A stretch of DNA of 64,000 nucleotides, taken from IMG/VR virus record IMGVR_UViG_3300025128_000015, positions 32,001 to 96,000 of that record; one strand, 5' to 3'. The notes below the pieces were generated by a model. The model was not told the origin of the DNA and ran no database searches. It worked only from the letters and a program-made list of their open reading frames with translations. The position numbers and the translations under genes were made by a program. Of this stretch, positions 9,159 through 19,222 are shown piece after piece. This stretch comes from a virus. Numbering within the stretch: position 1 is the stretch's first letter; every line of letters starts with the position of its first letter.

Positions 9159-10026
9159 CGAAACAGAAATACCTTTTGGACCATCAACGATTGAAACTAT
9201 AGACTATGCAGTTTTTAATTGGGTCAATGAAGTATTGAACGTTCACTCGGAAACTAACAGAGGCTTTAAAAAAGTGCCTGTGGTATGGGTCTCTGCAGAA
9301 CGTTCTTTTCAAATAAAGAATAACGTTGATTTAAGAGAAACGACAGGCGTATTTTCTTTACCTGTAATTACACTTGAGAGAACCAATATGGTTAAATCAC
9401 TAAGTTCAAAAGGAAGTATATACGGTAATGTGTATCCAGTTAATGATGATCAGGGTGGTTCGATTGCCATAACAAAGCAAATTAATCAATACAAGAGCAG
9501 TAACTTTATTAATGCAGACTCAGCCAGAAGCACTTCAGACCCATATCACAAATCAAAAAGAACTGGTATTAGATACGCAATCAAAACAGAAGAAAAGCCC
9601 AAAATAGTTTACGAGACGATTACAATACCAATTCCAGTATATGTAAACGTATCTTACACAATTGGCATCAAAGCAGAGTTTCAACAGCAATTCAATCAGA
9701 TCATAACACCTTTTATGACGAGGCCAGCTGGACTAAATTACGTCTCCTTAAACCACGAGAGGCACGTTTTTGAAGGCTTCTTGGGAGAAAACTTTGCTCA
9801 ATCCACTAATGCTTCTGCACTAGAAGAAGAGGAGCGAAGATACGAAAGCAACATCGATTTTAAAGTCCTTGGTTACCTTATTGGAGACGATAAAAACCAA
9901 ATTACTCCGAGAGTGGTTAGAAGGCAAAATTTCGTCGATGTTAAAATCCCTAGAGAGCATGTTATTCTTGGAGACATTCCAGAACATACAGGTTCATTAA
10001 GTAGTGAACCTTTCTATAGAGAATAA
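9148..10026 (+). CDS. Tail terminator / completion protein (gp15-like)
   Basis: Lies between neck and sheath genes; FSLPVITLERT and IPIPVYVNVSYTI resemble gp15-family strands. Confidence 0.5.
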   Translation: MPTNETEIPFGPSTIETIDYAVFNWVNEVLNVHSETNRGFKKVPVVWVSAERSFQIKNNVDLRETTGVFSLPVITLERTNMVKSLSSKGSIYGNVYPVNDDQGGSIAITKQINQYKSSNFINADSARSTSDPYHKSKRTGIRYAIKTEEKPKIVYETITIPIPVYVNVSYTIGIKAEFQQQFNQIITPFMTRPAGLNYVSLNHERHVFEGFLGENFAQSTNASALEEEERRYESNIDFKVLGYLIGDDKNQITPRVVRRQNFVDVKIPREHVILGDIPEHTGSLSSEPFYRE

Positions 10027-10060
10027 GATTGCTAAAAGATGTCGTTTTGAGATTAAAATT

Positions 10061-10068
10061 ACTATTTA
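10061..10068 (+). promoter_or_regulatory. Putative late promoter motif ACTATTTA (sheath and tube)
   Basis: Intergenic, upstream of ATG 10137. Confidence 0.6.
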
Positions 10069-10136
10069 TTAAAGAAGTTAGTATAAATCTAAACTCTATT
10101 GAAAAACCAAGTTTCGCATAAATAGGAGAAAAATCC

Positions 10137-13100
10137 ATGGCTGAGAAAAAGTTTAAATTCGTATCTCCAGGAATCTTTATCGATGAAATCGACGATTCTG
10201 GAGTACCAAATTCCGGTGGTGACATTGGTCCCGTCGTTGTTGGTCGATCGACCCGAGGGCCGGGAATGCGCCCCACAAGAATCGAATCTTTCTCTGAATT
10301 CGTTCAAGTTTTCGGTGCACCGACACCAGGAAACGACACAGAAAAAGATGTTTGGAGAAGCAACAACCCTGTTGGTCCGACATACGCTGCCTACGCTGCT
10401 CAGGCATGGCTTAAAAACAATACACCCCTTACGTTCGTTCGTTTGATGGGTGAGGAGCATCCTGCTTCTTCTACTTCAGGTAAGGCTGGTTTTAAAACAA
10501 CTAACACGTTTAATGAGACTAACTCTAGTAACGGCGGCGCCTATGGCCTTTTCTTGATTAATTCTGCATCTATTAATGGCGGAGACCAAGCGGGTCCCTT
10601 TAATCTTCCTACTGGAACCCTTGCTGCTGTTTGGTACATCCAACGCGGCGGAATGGCCCTCTCTGGAAACGTGCCAGTTGGCGCCCGCGGACACGATATA
10701 AGTGCCGTTGCAACCGTGGGACACTCAGCGGAAACAGCTTCAGCAGGTGGATTAATTCAGAATGCTGCTAGCAATACATGGACAGTTGTACTTAACGATG
10801 GCGCCTCAACAGACAGCACCAACGGAGTTATTTCCGGTAAAAAATACACTTTCAACTTTGATAGAAATAGCTCAAAGTTTATCCGAAACGTTTTTAATAC
10901 AAATCCGGTTTTAACTAATTCAAATATTGCTAGCACACAGCAGTATCACTGGCTTGGTGAAACATTCGAAGGATCCGTTGCGAAACATATTACAAGCGGA
11001 TCCACTGCAGGAACAGTTTTTGGATTCATCGCTGGATTAGGTACATCAACTACGGTAGGACATCACCACCGTCAGATGCCAGCCCAGCCTTCTAAGACTG
11101 GTTGGTTTATTTCGCAAGACCCGAGAGCCACAAATGCCAACTTTACTCCGGACGGACAAGCTTATGTAAAACAACTTTTTAGGTTTGTTTCTCTTGACGA
11201 TGGTGAGTGGGCTCAGAGCAATCTTAAGATTTCTATTGCAGACATTAAAGCACCAAGAAACAACTACGAAAAGTACGGTTCTTTCAGTGTTCTAATTCGT
11301 GATATTCGTGATGCTGACAATGCTCCAAGTATTGTTGAAAAATTCACAAATCTTAACTTAAACCCTTCTTCTGAAAACTTTATTGCAAAGAGAATCGGAG
11401 ATCAGCATCTAGTTTGGGATGATGAATTAAGTGTCCCAGGTGGAAAAGCCCGTTATAAACTACGTGGAGATTACCCGAACGTTTCTAGATTCTTTAGAGT
11501 AGAACTAAATGATGAAGTCAAGCTCGGATTAGACAACACAGAGCTACTTCCGTTTGGTGTCAGAGGACCATTACGCTACAAAGGCTGGTCTTTCAAAGGA
11601 CGTGACACACAGGCTTACCAAATTAATCAAAAAACTTCCATCGCTGCAGCACCCGCCGTAGCAATGTTTCAATTTTCTGATAACATCAACGATGAATCTA
11701 TATTTACATTTACAGATGCACTAGGGACGTCAGCAACGTTTGAAGTTGATCGCGCCTCCGCCGATGGGGCAGCGACCGCCGGCGCAGTCGCCCTGGCAGG
11801 CTATGCAAACAACGGAGAGGGACTTGCAACCGCGCTTAAAACTGCACTTGATGCATCTGCTCTACGAATTGATACAGTCCGTTCCACCGCAAAATTGACC
11901 CTTACAATGCAGGACGCCGGCGCCTCTGGTAATACACAGATCATAACTACTGCTGGCGTCGATTATAATGTTAATGAATCCCATCAAGGGGTCAAGCCTC
12001 TCGACGCAATGCCGACTCAATTTGAAGACGGCGCCGATGCTTTGGGACCAGTGCACACGGCTGCTACTTTATTCCTTGAAGCCGACCCGGCAGTAATACC
12101 TTATAAACATGGTGTACACAAGGGCGCAGGCGCCGAACAAGCTGCTGGAAAAAATCCAATCGCACCAGAAAGTATCCCTGCTCACAGTGCTTCCGCGGCC
12201 GGCTATTCGGCCAAGCCAATACAAGCACTATCTGGAGCATTTGTATTCCCAGCTATCTCCATGAGATCTTCTTCTTTAGACGGAAATCTTTCTGATAGAA
12301 CAGATGCTTACTTTGGCGCAACTTATAATCGATTAGGTGAAGCAACAAAATCTAATCTATTTGATGAGAGTTCGATCGATGTCGTCCGCGCTCTCGCAGC
12401 TAGTTATTCCAAGAACACTTGGGATCCCGCCGCCGAAGATACCGCAGTCGAGCATTCTTGGACGTTTACCTTGGATGACTTACAGAAAGCTTCTGGAACA
12501 GACTTCTTGTCGGCCATATATGTCTCTGGCTCTAGAGCAAGTGGAGAATCTTTTACAGCTGTCTCTCAATCCTATAGAGAGATTTTGAGCAATGGTTACG
12601 ATAGATTTACCGCCGCTCTTTATGGTGGATTCAATGGTCTCGATGTAACAGAAGCTGAGCCATTCGGAAACCATAGACTGGATGACAGCAGTAATGTAAA
12701 AGATAACTATGCTTACTACTCAGTTAAGAAAGCTATCGACACTGCTAGCGATCCAGAAGCTGTCGAAATGGACCTTCTCACTGTTCCAGGTGTAACCGAC
12801 TCTAGCCTCACAGAACACATGATTAATGTTTGTGAAGATAGAGGCGATGCTCTAGCAGTTATTGATATCGTCAACGACTACATTCCGCGTTACGAAAGTA
12901 ATTCTTCGGAAGCATCTAGAATCGGAACGGTAGTATCGGCTGTCAACACATTCAAGGATAGAGGGCTCAATTCCAGTTACGGATGTGCATTCTATCCATG
13001 GGTACAGGTAAGAGATTCTGCCTCTGAGACCGTCCCTGGTAAGCTTGTATGGCTTCCACCTTCGGTTGCAGCCCTTGGTACGTTCTCTAGTACTCAGCGC

Positions 13101-13631
13101 AACGCAGAATTGTGGTTCGCCCCTGCAGGCTTCAACCGCGGTGGGCTTTCCGAAGGAAGCTCCGGACTTAATGTTGTAAACGTGCGACAGAGATTGACTT
13201 CTGTTGACCGTGATCGCCTCTACGGCGCCAACATTAACCCAATTGCCAAGTTCCCATCGGAAGGAATTGTAGTCTTCGGACAGAAGACACTACAAGTAAC
13301 ACCTTCTGCACTTGACAGAATTAATGTTAGAAGACTTCTCATCTTCCTTAAGAAGAGAATTTCTAGAATCGCTGCAGGCATCTTGTTTGAGCCAAATGTT
13401 CAGACAACATGGGATCGTTTTGTTGGCCGTGTCAATCCATTATTAGAGAGTGTCAAGGCTCGCTTCGGATTAACAGACTTCAAAGTTGTCTTGGATTCCA
13501 GCACAACAACAGATGATCTTATCGATCAAAATATTCTTTACGCCAAGGTCTTCTTGAAGCCCACTAAAGCTATCGAATTTATCGCACTCGACTTTGTAAT
13601 TACAAATAGTGGTGCATCGTTTGAGGATTAA
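10137..13631 (+). CDS. Contractile tail sheath protein (gp18-like) with large insertions
   Basis: FVSPGIFIDEID N-terminus; WLPPSVAALG, WFAPAGFNRG, INPI..FP.EGIVVFGQKTLQ..PSALDRINVRRLLIFLKK C-terminal sheath motifs. Confidence 0.96.
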   Translation: MAEKKFKFVSPGIFIDEIDDSGVPNSGGDIGPVVVGRSTRGPGMRPTRIESFSEFVQVFGAPTPGNDTEKDVWRSNNPVGPTYAAYAAQAWLKNNTPLTFVRLMGEEHPASSTSGKAGFKTTNTFNETNSSNGGAYGLFLINSASINGGDQAGPFNLPTGTLAAVWYIQRGGMALSGNVPVGARGHDISAVATVGHSAETASAGGLIQNAASNTWTVVLNDGASTDSTNGVISGKKYTFNFDRNSSKFIRNVFNTNPVLTNSNIASTQQYHWLGETFEGSVAKHITSGSTAGTVFGFIAGLGTSTTVGHHHRQMPAQPSKTGWFISQDPRATNANFTPDGQAYVKQLFRFVSLDDGEWAQSNLKISIADIKAPRNNYEKYGSFSVLIRDIRDADNAPSIVEKFTNLNLNPSSENFIAKRIGDQHLVWDDELSVPGGKARYKLRGDYPNVSRFFRVELNDEVKLGLDNTELLPFGVRGPLRYKGWSFKGRDTQAYQINQKTSIAAAPAVAMFQFSDNINDESIFTFTDALGTSATFEVDRASADGAATAGAVALAGYANNGEGLATALKTALDASALRIDTVRSTAKLTLTMQDAGASGNTQIITTAGVDYNVNESHQGVKPLDAMPTQFEDGADALGPVHTAATLFLEADPAVIPYKHGVHKGAGAEQAAGKNPIAPESIPAHSASAAGYSAKPIQALSGAFVFPAISMRSSSLDGNLSDRTDAYFGATYNRLGEATKSNLFDESSIDVVRALAASYSKNTWDPAAEDTAVEHSWTFTLDDLQKASGTDFLSAIYVSGSRASGESFTAVSQSYREILSNGYDRFTAALYGGFNGLDVTEAEPFGNHRLDDSSNVKDNYAYYSVKKAIDTASDPEAVEMDLLTVPGVTDSSLTEHMINVCEDRGDALAVIDIVNDYIPRYESNSSEASRIGTVVSAVNTFKDRGLNSSYGCAFYPWVQVRDSASETVPGKLVWLPPSVAALGTFSSTQRNAELWFAPAGFNRGGLSEGSSGLNVVNVRQRLTSVDRDRLYGANINPIAKFPSEGIVVFGQKTLQVTPSALDRINVRRLLIFLKKRISRIAAGILFEPNVQTTWDRFVGRVNPLLESVKARFGLTDFKVVLDSSTTTDDLIDQNILYAKVFLKPTKAIEFIALDFVITNSGASFED

Positions 13632-13639
13632 TAAAAAAT

Positions 13640-13663
13640 GAGGGCGAAATATCTTTCGCCCTC
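13640..13663. terminator. Hairpin between sheath and tube genes (terminator or processing stem)
   Basis: GAGGGCGAAA-TATC-TTTCGCCCTC, a perfect 10-bp stem; A run upstream but no T run downstream on +. Confidence 0.5.
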
Positions 13664-13705
13664 TAATTAAAAATATAGAACTTATATTATTTGGAGGATT
13701 AAAAA

Positions 13706-14260
13706 ATGGCATCAGGTTACTGGGCAGATCAAGGCATTCAGCCGAAAAGACAATATAAATGGATACTACAATTTAGTGAGCTTGGTAGTGCCACTGGAGC
13801 AGGAGCAGTGCTCCCACAGTGGATTGTAAAAACAGTAAGCAAGCCATCTTTTACTATTGGTGAAGCTTCACATGCTTTCATTAATCACACCTTTCACTTT
13901 CCAGGTAAATTAACATGGTCGGCAATCGACGTGACAATGGTTGATCCTATTACTCCAAACGCTTCTGATGCTCTTATACAAGCTATCCGTGCTTCGGGAT
14001 ACCAATACCCCAATGAAGGACAAAATGGCACTTCTGCTGGTACCTCCTTCAGCAAGGCTGCAGCTACAAGCGTATTAGGCGAAGTTAAGTTAATTCAACT
14101 TGGTAACACAATCAATGAGAGAGTTGAAGAGTGGAATCTAAAGAATGCTTGGATTAAAGATGTTAACTTTGGAAGTCTTTCTTACGACACAGAAGAATTG
14201 ACAACTATCAGCATGACATTGCGTTATGACTGGGCTCAATACGAAAAGTTGTTGGGTTAA
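13706..14260 (+). CDS. Tail tube protein (gp19-like)
   Basis: QPKRQYKWIL, VSKPSFTI, FPGKLTWSAIDVTMVDP, EEWNLKNAWIKDVNFGSLSY; follows the sheath gene. Confidence 0.9.
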   Translation: MASGYWADQGIQPKRQYKWILQFSELGSATGAGAVLPQWIVKTVSKPSFTIGEASHAFINHTFHFPGKLTWSAIDVTMVDPITPNASDALIQAIRASGYQYPNEGQNGTSAGTSFSKAAATSVLGEVKLIQLGNTINERVEEWNLKNAWIKDVNFGSLSYDTEELTTISMTLRYDWAQYEKLLG

Positions 14261-14282
14261 TACATTTTTTTCAATTAAACTA

Positions 14283-14311
14283 TTAACGCAAAATCGAACA
14301 TAAAGTATAAT
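14283..14311 (+). promoter_or_regulatory. Sigma70-like promoter TTAACG-N17-TATAAT
   Basis: Intergenic, upstream of the chaperone gene at 14342. Confidence 0.5.
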
Positions 14312-14341
14312 TATAGTATAACTACTTTATCGAGGTGACTA

Positions 14342-15229
14342 GTGTCTAGAAGAAATAGCCGTGCTCGTTCGGGCGGCACGGAGAAAAAAACGCCCGCTGA
14401 TTCCTCTGCTGAAGCAGCACTTAGCTTGCAAAAAGAAGAAGGCTCTGGACTTCTTTCTTTTGTTGCTCCAACAGAGTTTGTTAATTTGCCATCACAAGGC
14501 AAATTTTATCCACCAGAACATCCTTTGCACAATGAAGGTGTCGTAGAAATTAAATATATGACAGCAAAGCATGAAGATATTCTTACTTCACAAACTTTAT
14601 TGCGTAAAGGCGTTGCAATCGATCGCTTAATAGAAAACTTGATTATTGATAAGAGCATCAAATTAGATAGTCTTCTTTTAGGTGATAAAAATGCAATTAC
14701 AATTGCAGCTAGAAAAACTGGCTATGGCAGTGAATACACTACTGGCATGACATGTCCTAGTTGTGGTAATAAGCAAGATCATTCTTTTGACTTGGATGAG
14801 CTTGGCCATAATTTTCCGTCTAAAGAAGAGTTGGATGAGTTTGGGATTGAATTAACAGAGACAGGTACTTTCCTTATTGCGCTCCCACAAACAAAAGTTG
14901 TTCTTGAAACAAGACTTTTAACTGACGCAGACGAGAAGATGCTAGAAAAAACTAGCAAGATGCGTAAAAAGCATAATCTTGGACGCGGTGAGATTACACT
15001 GACAGATCGTCTTAAATCTGTAATCGTATCAGCAAATGATGAAACCAAGAGATCTATGATTGAACAATTTGTTGATAATATGCCAGCCTTGGATGCTAAG
15101 TTCTTTAGAACTGCATACGCTGCATTAACTCCTAACGTTGACATGAAGCAAGAGTATCGATGTGAAGCTTGCGGACACGAAGAGGAGGTTGATGTGCCGC
15201 TCTCGGCAGACTTTTTTTGGCCTGGGTGA
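14342..15229 (+). CDS. Baseplate hub assembly / tail assembly chaperone (gp26/gp51-like, G part)
   Basis: VNLPSQGKFYP, IKYMTAKHEDIL, LLLGDKNAITIAARKTGYG, two CxxC pairs, ends in FFWP; GTG start; upstream of tape measure. Confidence 0.8.
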   Translation: MSRRNSRARSGGTEKKTPADSSAEAALSLQKEEGSGLLSFVAPTEFVNLPSQGKFYPPEHPLHNEGVVEIKYMTAKHEDILTSQTLLRKGVAIDRLIENLIIDKSIKLDSLLLGDKNAITIAARKTGYGSEYTTGMTCPSCGNKQDHSFDLDELGHNFPSKEELDEFGIELTETGTFLIALPQTKVVLETRLLTDADEKMLEKTSKMRKKHNLGRGEITLTDRLKSVIVSANDETKRSMIEQFVDNMPALDAKFFRTAYAALTPNVDMKQEYRCEACGHEEEVDVPLSADFFWPG

Positions 15230-15416
15230 AAAATATATTGAATCTGTTTATGAACAATTCTTCTTGCTTAAATATCATGGCGGCTGGAGTTTTATCGAAG
15301 CATACAACCTTCCAATCCCCTTGAGAACTTGGTTTGTCAACAGACTAGCCAAGCAATTTGAAATTGAAACAGAGGAAATAGAAAAAGCTTATAAGAAAGC
15401 AAAAAGCTCTAAATAA
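15162..15416 (+). CDS. Tail assembly chaperone T-like ORF, probably expressed by +1 frameshift from the upstream gene
   Basis: Overlaps the 3' end of 14342-15229 in the +1 frame across TTTTTTT (15212-15218); YEQFFLLKYHGGWSFIEAYNLPIPLRTWFV resembles GT-type chaperone C-terminal domains. Confidence 0.7.
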   Translation: MKLADTKRRLMCRSRQTFFGLGEKYIESVYEQFFLLKYHGGWSFIEAYNLPIPLRTWFVNRLAKQFEIETEEIEKAYKKAKSSK

Positions 15417-15417
15417 C

Positions 15418-15449
15418 AAGCCGGCTCTATGCCGGCTTTTATTTTTTTT
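15418..15449 (+). terminator. Intrinsic terminator
   Basis: AAGCCGGC-TCTAT-GCCGGCTT followed by a long T-rich run. Confidence 0.85.
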
Positions 15450-15454
15450 AATTA

Positions 15455-15462
15455 ACTACTTA
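15455..15462 (+). promoter_or_regulatory. Putative late promoter motif ACTACTTA (tape measure operon)
   Basis: Immediately after the terminator, upstream of ORF 15473/15488. Confidence 0.55.
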
Positions 15463-15487
15463 TTTATATGATGTGAGGATGCGCTTT

Positions 15488-15823
15488 ATGAAAGAAAATA
15501 CAATTGAAATTGACTTAGATTATAAAAAAACTAAAAATTTAGAAGAAGGTGTTGTGCACACCGCTCCTGCAGCCCTTGGAGACGCTGTAAAAATAGCTCT
15601 ATGGGATATGTTTGGATATCAGTCAGCACCTTCAATTGATCTTAAGGGTACACCTCAACAAATTAGCGCATTTGTCACTGCTTTAAGCGGAGAAAAGAAA
15701 TACTTGGACAGCATTATGAGAAACGGACTAGATAGTCCTATGACCTATAAAAGCAAGTATTCTTTAGAGAACGCAATAAGTAATTTTGAAAGAGAAACTG
15801 GTATAGAGTGGCCAGTTAAGTAA
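15488..15823 (+). CDS. Hypothetical protein (ORF track start 15473; ATG 15488 fits the GAGG SD better)
   Basis: Open frame with an SD, directly upstream of tape measure. Confidence 0.6.
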   Translation: MKENTIEIDLDYKKTKNLEEGVVHTAPAALGDAVKIALWDMFGYQSAPSIDLKGTPQQISAFVTALSGEKKYLDSIMRNGLDSPMTYKSKYSLENAISNFERETGIEWPVK

Positions 15824-15834
15824 GAGGACCTTGA

Positions 15835-18441
15835 ATGGATGAAGAACTGAAAAGTTTATTAAGGGATTTGATTTCTAAAATGAATCAAAACCAGAATAAC
15901 CAAGGCGGACCCGCGCCCCAAGGCACTCCCATGGGTCCTAGTCCTGTACAGGATTATCAAAGCCGAGCACAAGCTGTTCAACAAGAAGCTGCAACTCTAA
16001 CTCAAATCGAACAAATGAATATACGACGTCGCTCCGCCGAAGACGCAATCACTCGCAATCTAGAGACACAAAAAGCTGCAGCAAAAAACATTGAGAGCAC
16101 AGTAGCGCGGATTGTAAAAGAAAGAAGGCTTGAAGCAGATGCAGCAAGATCCTCTTACAGTGAACAAGAAAAAATTGTTAACGCTCTCCAGAGAGACCTA
16201 GAATTAACTCGTCAAAGCGGAGAATTTACTCAAGGAGAAATACGATACAAGGAACGACAATTAGTATTAGGCAAAGAGGTTCTTCGCGACTTGCAACAGA
16301 AAGTGCAACTAACACAGGCTGCAGCCCAAGAAGCACAGCGAGAAGCTGCCCTTGTAGCTCAAGTTCGCGATAGAACGCAGTCTTTGGTATCAACGTTGAC
16401 ACAGGGTGTCTTAACGGCTAACGCAGCTAGCAAAACTGGCATGTTTGGTGCCTTATTCGGTTCCGGGTCAGGAGCAGGGTTCTTCGAAAAGTTAAAAACA
16501 GGTGGTCAAGCAATTGGACAGATCATTTCTCCTTTAAACGCTTCTTTGAGCGTTGTGGGTTATTTGACAGATGCGTTCAAGAAGCTTTTCTTTGCAACAG
16601 ATCAATCTGCAGCCCAATTTAGACGAGCAACTGGCGCAGGGCAAGAATATACAAAAGTTCTAACTCAAACAATTCAGAGAAACACCAAATTTGCTGTTAT
16701 GTCTGACGAAGCTGGAAAAGCGATGACCACACTTTTCAATCAAGTCCGCTTGTTCTCAGGAATGACCGACACAGCACAAAAATCTGTTTTAGATTTAACA
16801 GTTCGCATGAATCGCTTAGGTGTTGCAGAACAACAAACTGCTCAAATGACAGATATGCTCACGAAAGCCATGGGAATGAACATAAATCAGGCCATCGGCG
16901 CCATTGATAAATTGGCTGTATACGCTCGTCAGATTAAAATAAGCGAAGGCGAGGCTACTCAAGCATTTATGCAGTTTTCTGGTGTTCTTGCTGCTCACGG
17001 ACCAAACATGATGAATGTTTTTAAAGGTTTATTGCAAACCGTTAAGAACACTGGTATTGAGATGAGCAGCTTGATGCAGATTGCTAGTCGGTTTGACACA
17101 TTTGATCAAGCTGCAGCTTCAGTCGGTACTTTGAATGCTCTATTGGGTGGTAATTACTTAAATAGCATTAGAATGGTTAATGCTACGGAACAAGAAAGAC
17201 TGAGCTTGGTCGCACAATCGATCCGAGCGTCTGGAGCCAATCTAGATGCAATGGGAAGGTTTCAACAAAAAGCCATTGCACAGGCTATTGGAGCAAAAGA
17301 TGCAGCCGAAGCTATGAGACTTCTCAGAGGCGAACTTGGCATGCTAACTCCAGCAGAATTAGAAGCTGCTCGCGCTGCCGAACTTAACAAACAAAAAGCA
17401 CAAGAAAACATGGATATCCAAATGAAATTAAGAACGATATTCATGTCACTTGTACACTCACTAATGCCTTTAATCGAGAAGCTTCATGAAAATAGAGACG
17501 CAATTGTTAGATTGGTTGACAGAGTAGCCAAGTTTATGCAAGAAAATGGAAAATTGATTGCACAGTTTGCCGTATTATATCCTATCTTGCGAACAGCCGC
17601 CACTGCTATCGGAGGAGTTACTACAGCTTTTAGGGTCATGGGTGCTGCCTCGGGAGCCGCCCGATTGGGTATAGTAGGACTGGCCGGCGGATTTACTTAT
17701 CTAGCAATGCAGTTATTCAAACCACTCTTTTCGCCACCTCTTTATTTAGGAATGAGGGATTTTGGAGATTCGATTAAAAGGACTGGTTCAGCTGCCAATT
17801 CTGCGGCACCCAATTTTCGTAATTTAGGACAATCAACCGGAGAGCTAGCTAAAAACACTTCAGTTGCTTCACAAACCACTGCACAACTTGGAAGTGCAAT
17901 AGGTCTTATAGGCAAAAATTCTTCTGCAGCCGCCACCGGTATAAGAAACATCGCCACTGCAGGAATCACAGCTAGCAGGGGCATGAGTGATGCAGCCAAT
18001 AGCACAGCACAGCTAGCTTTTGGAGTTCAATCGATACAGAAAAACGTTGACAATTTAAATACTGCCAAACTAGCTGATTTTGGTGAAAAGATAAAACGTG
18101 TCAACGAAAACATGAACTTAAGCGCGACAGAAAATGAAAACGTCGAGAGAACAATAACTAATATTAATAGAGTTGCTATTGTTGGACAACAAGCAACTGA
18201 AGCTGCTTCTGCTGCTGGTGTAGAACGCCTTGCTGCAGCCGCACACAAGTTTAGTCTAACACAGGTCAATCAGTCAACTCAGGTCGCCGCAGCAGCCTCT
18301 GGGGGTCAAGGTTCGAGCGTGCACGTTGTCGAAGCACCTAGATCTGTACAGATCGACCTTGATGGAGTGTTGGTTGGTGAAGCGGCCTTAAACTTTGTAA
18401 ATAGAGAAAGAGACTCACAGACTTTGGTCGGTAGAGCATAG
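15835..18441 (+). CDS. Tape measure protein
   Basis: 868 aa, A/Q-rich, helical; FDTFDQAAASVGTLNALLGG motif; position after chaperone genes and before baseplate genes. Confidence 0.88.
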   Translation: MDEELKSLLRDLISKMNQNQNNQGGPAPQGTPMGPSPVQDYQSRAQAVQQEAATLTQIEQMNIRRRSAEDAITRNLETQKAAAKNIESTVARIVKERRLEADAARSSYSEQEKIVNALQRDLELTRQSGEFTQGEIRYKERQLVLGKEVLRDLQQKVQLTQAAAQEAQREAALVAQVRDRTQSLVSTLTQGVLTANAASKTGMFGALFGSGSGAGFFEKLKTGGQAIGQIISPLNASLSVVGYLTDAFKKLFFATDQSAAQFRRATGAGQEYTKVLTQTIQRNTKFAVMSDEAGKAMTTLFNQVRLFSGMTDTAQKSVLDLTVRMNRLGVAEQQTAQMTDMLTKAMGMNINQAIGAIDKLAVYARQIKISEGEATQAFMQFSGVLAAHGPNMMNVFKGLLQTVKNTGIEMSSLMQIASRFDTFDQAAASVGTLNALLGGNYLNSIRMVNATEQERLSLVAQSIRASGANLDAMGRFQQKAIAQAIGAKDAAEAMRLLRGELGMLTPAELEAARAAELNKQKAQENMDIQMKLRTIFMSLVHSLMPLIEKLHENRDAIVRLVDRVAKFMQENGKLIAQFAVLYPILRTAATAIGGVTTAFRVMGAASGAARLGIVGLAGGFTYLAMQLFKPLFSPPLYLGMRDFGDSIKRTGSAANSAAPNFRNLGQSTGELAKNTSVASQTTAQLGSAIGLIGKNSSAAATGIRNIATAGITASRGMSDAANSTAQLAFGVQSIQKNVDNLNTAKLADFGEKIKRVNENMNLSATENENVERTITNINRVAIVGQQATEAASAAGVERLAAAAHKFSLTQVNQSTQVAAAASGGQGSSVHVVEAPRSVQIDLDGVLVGEAALNFVNRERDSQTLVGRA

Positions 18442-18452
18442 GAGGATAATAG

Positions 18453-19220
18453 ATGTCAGTTTGGAGTAGTACAGATGCGAGTAACCAAAAAGAGTTTACC
18501 GATATTGAATTTACATATGCCTCTATAGGGACTAAAAACAAGAACTTTTATAAAGTTCGCTTTAGTGCTTTTGTTACAGCTTTTTCTGATAACTTTTCAC
18601 AACAATGGTCGTCTACTGCCGTATATGGTAAGCCTGATGCAATCGAGACTTATCAAGGTACACGACGTTCGATCGATTTGGCATGGGATGTTCCCTCGAA
18701 CGGGCCAAAAGAAGGCTACAACAATATGATCAAGCTCGAAACACTTCTTAAGATGCTGTATCCAATGTATGATATACAATCAAAAAAATCCACTTCCAAC
18801 GTTGCAACGATAAATAAGCCACCTTTGTTGAGATTAAAGTTTGCAAACTTGATTCACAACAATTTAAACGGAAGAGGACTTTTAGGACATGTCAACGGCT
18901 TTAGTTTTAATCCTGCCATGGACCAAGGCATGTACAACACAAAAGAGCCAAGGCAAAGAGCAATTGGAATTCCAGATGTCGGCTTGATCCCAAAAGTCTA
19001 CAGCATGCGCTGCACTTTTACCGTACTTCACGAACAAGATTTAGGATTCAGTGCATCGAGAAATAGATTCTTTAACAATAGCTTTCCATATGGCTTTACT
19101 AAAGGTGTTGATGATATCACGGCCGCAAATAAAGGCACAGCAGTGTCTAAGCCCGAAACCGGAGCAACTGTCGACAAAAGCGCTGAGGCCGCAGTAACAA
19201 AAGCCAACAACGGGAGTTAA
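18453..19220 (+). CDS. Tail tube initiator / baseplate protein (gp48/54-like)
   Basis: FSAFVTAFSDNFSQQWSSTAVYGKPDAIETYQGTRRSIDLAW...PPLLRLKFANL; follows tape measure. Confidence 0.65.
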   Translation: MSVWSSTDASNQKEFTDIEFTYASIGTKNKNFYKVRFSAFVTAFSDNFSQQWSSTAVYGKPDAIETYQGTRRSIDLAWDVPSNGPKEGYNNMIKLETLLKMLYPMYDIQSKKSTSNVATINKPPLLRLKFANLIHNNLNGRGLLGHVNGFSFNPAMDQGMYNTKEPRQRAIGIPDVGLIPKVYSMRCTFTVLHEQDLGFSASRNRFFNNSFPYGFTKGVDDITAANKGTAVSKPETGATVDKSAEAAVTKANNGS

Positions 19221-19222
19221 AA

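Noticed and set aside
15162-15194. ATG 15162 or ATG 15192 as the independent start of the T-like ORF
   Set aside because: 15162 has no SD and adds an implausible overlapping N-terminus. 15192 is only about 3 nt from AGGAGG, which is too close. Not fully excluded, so it remains the alternative to the frameshift
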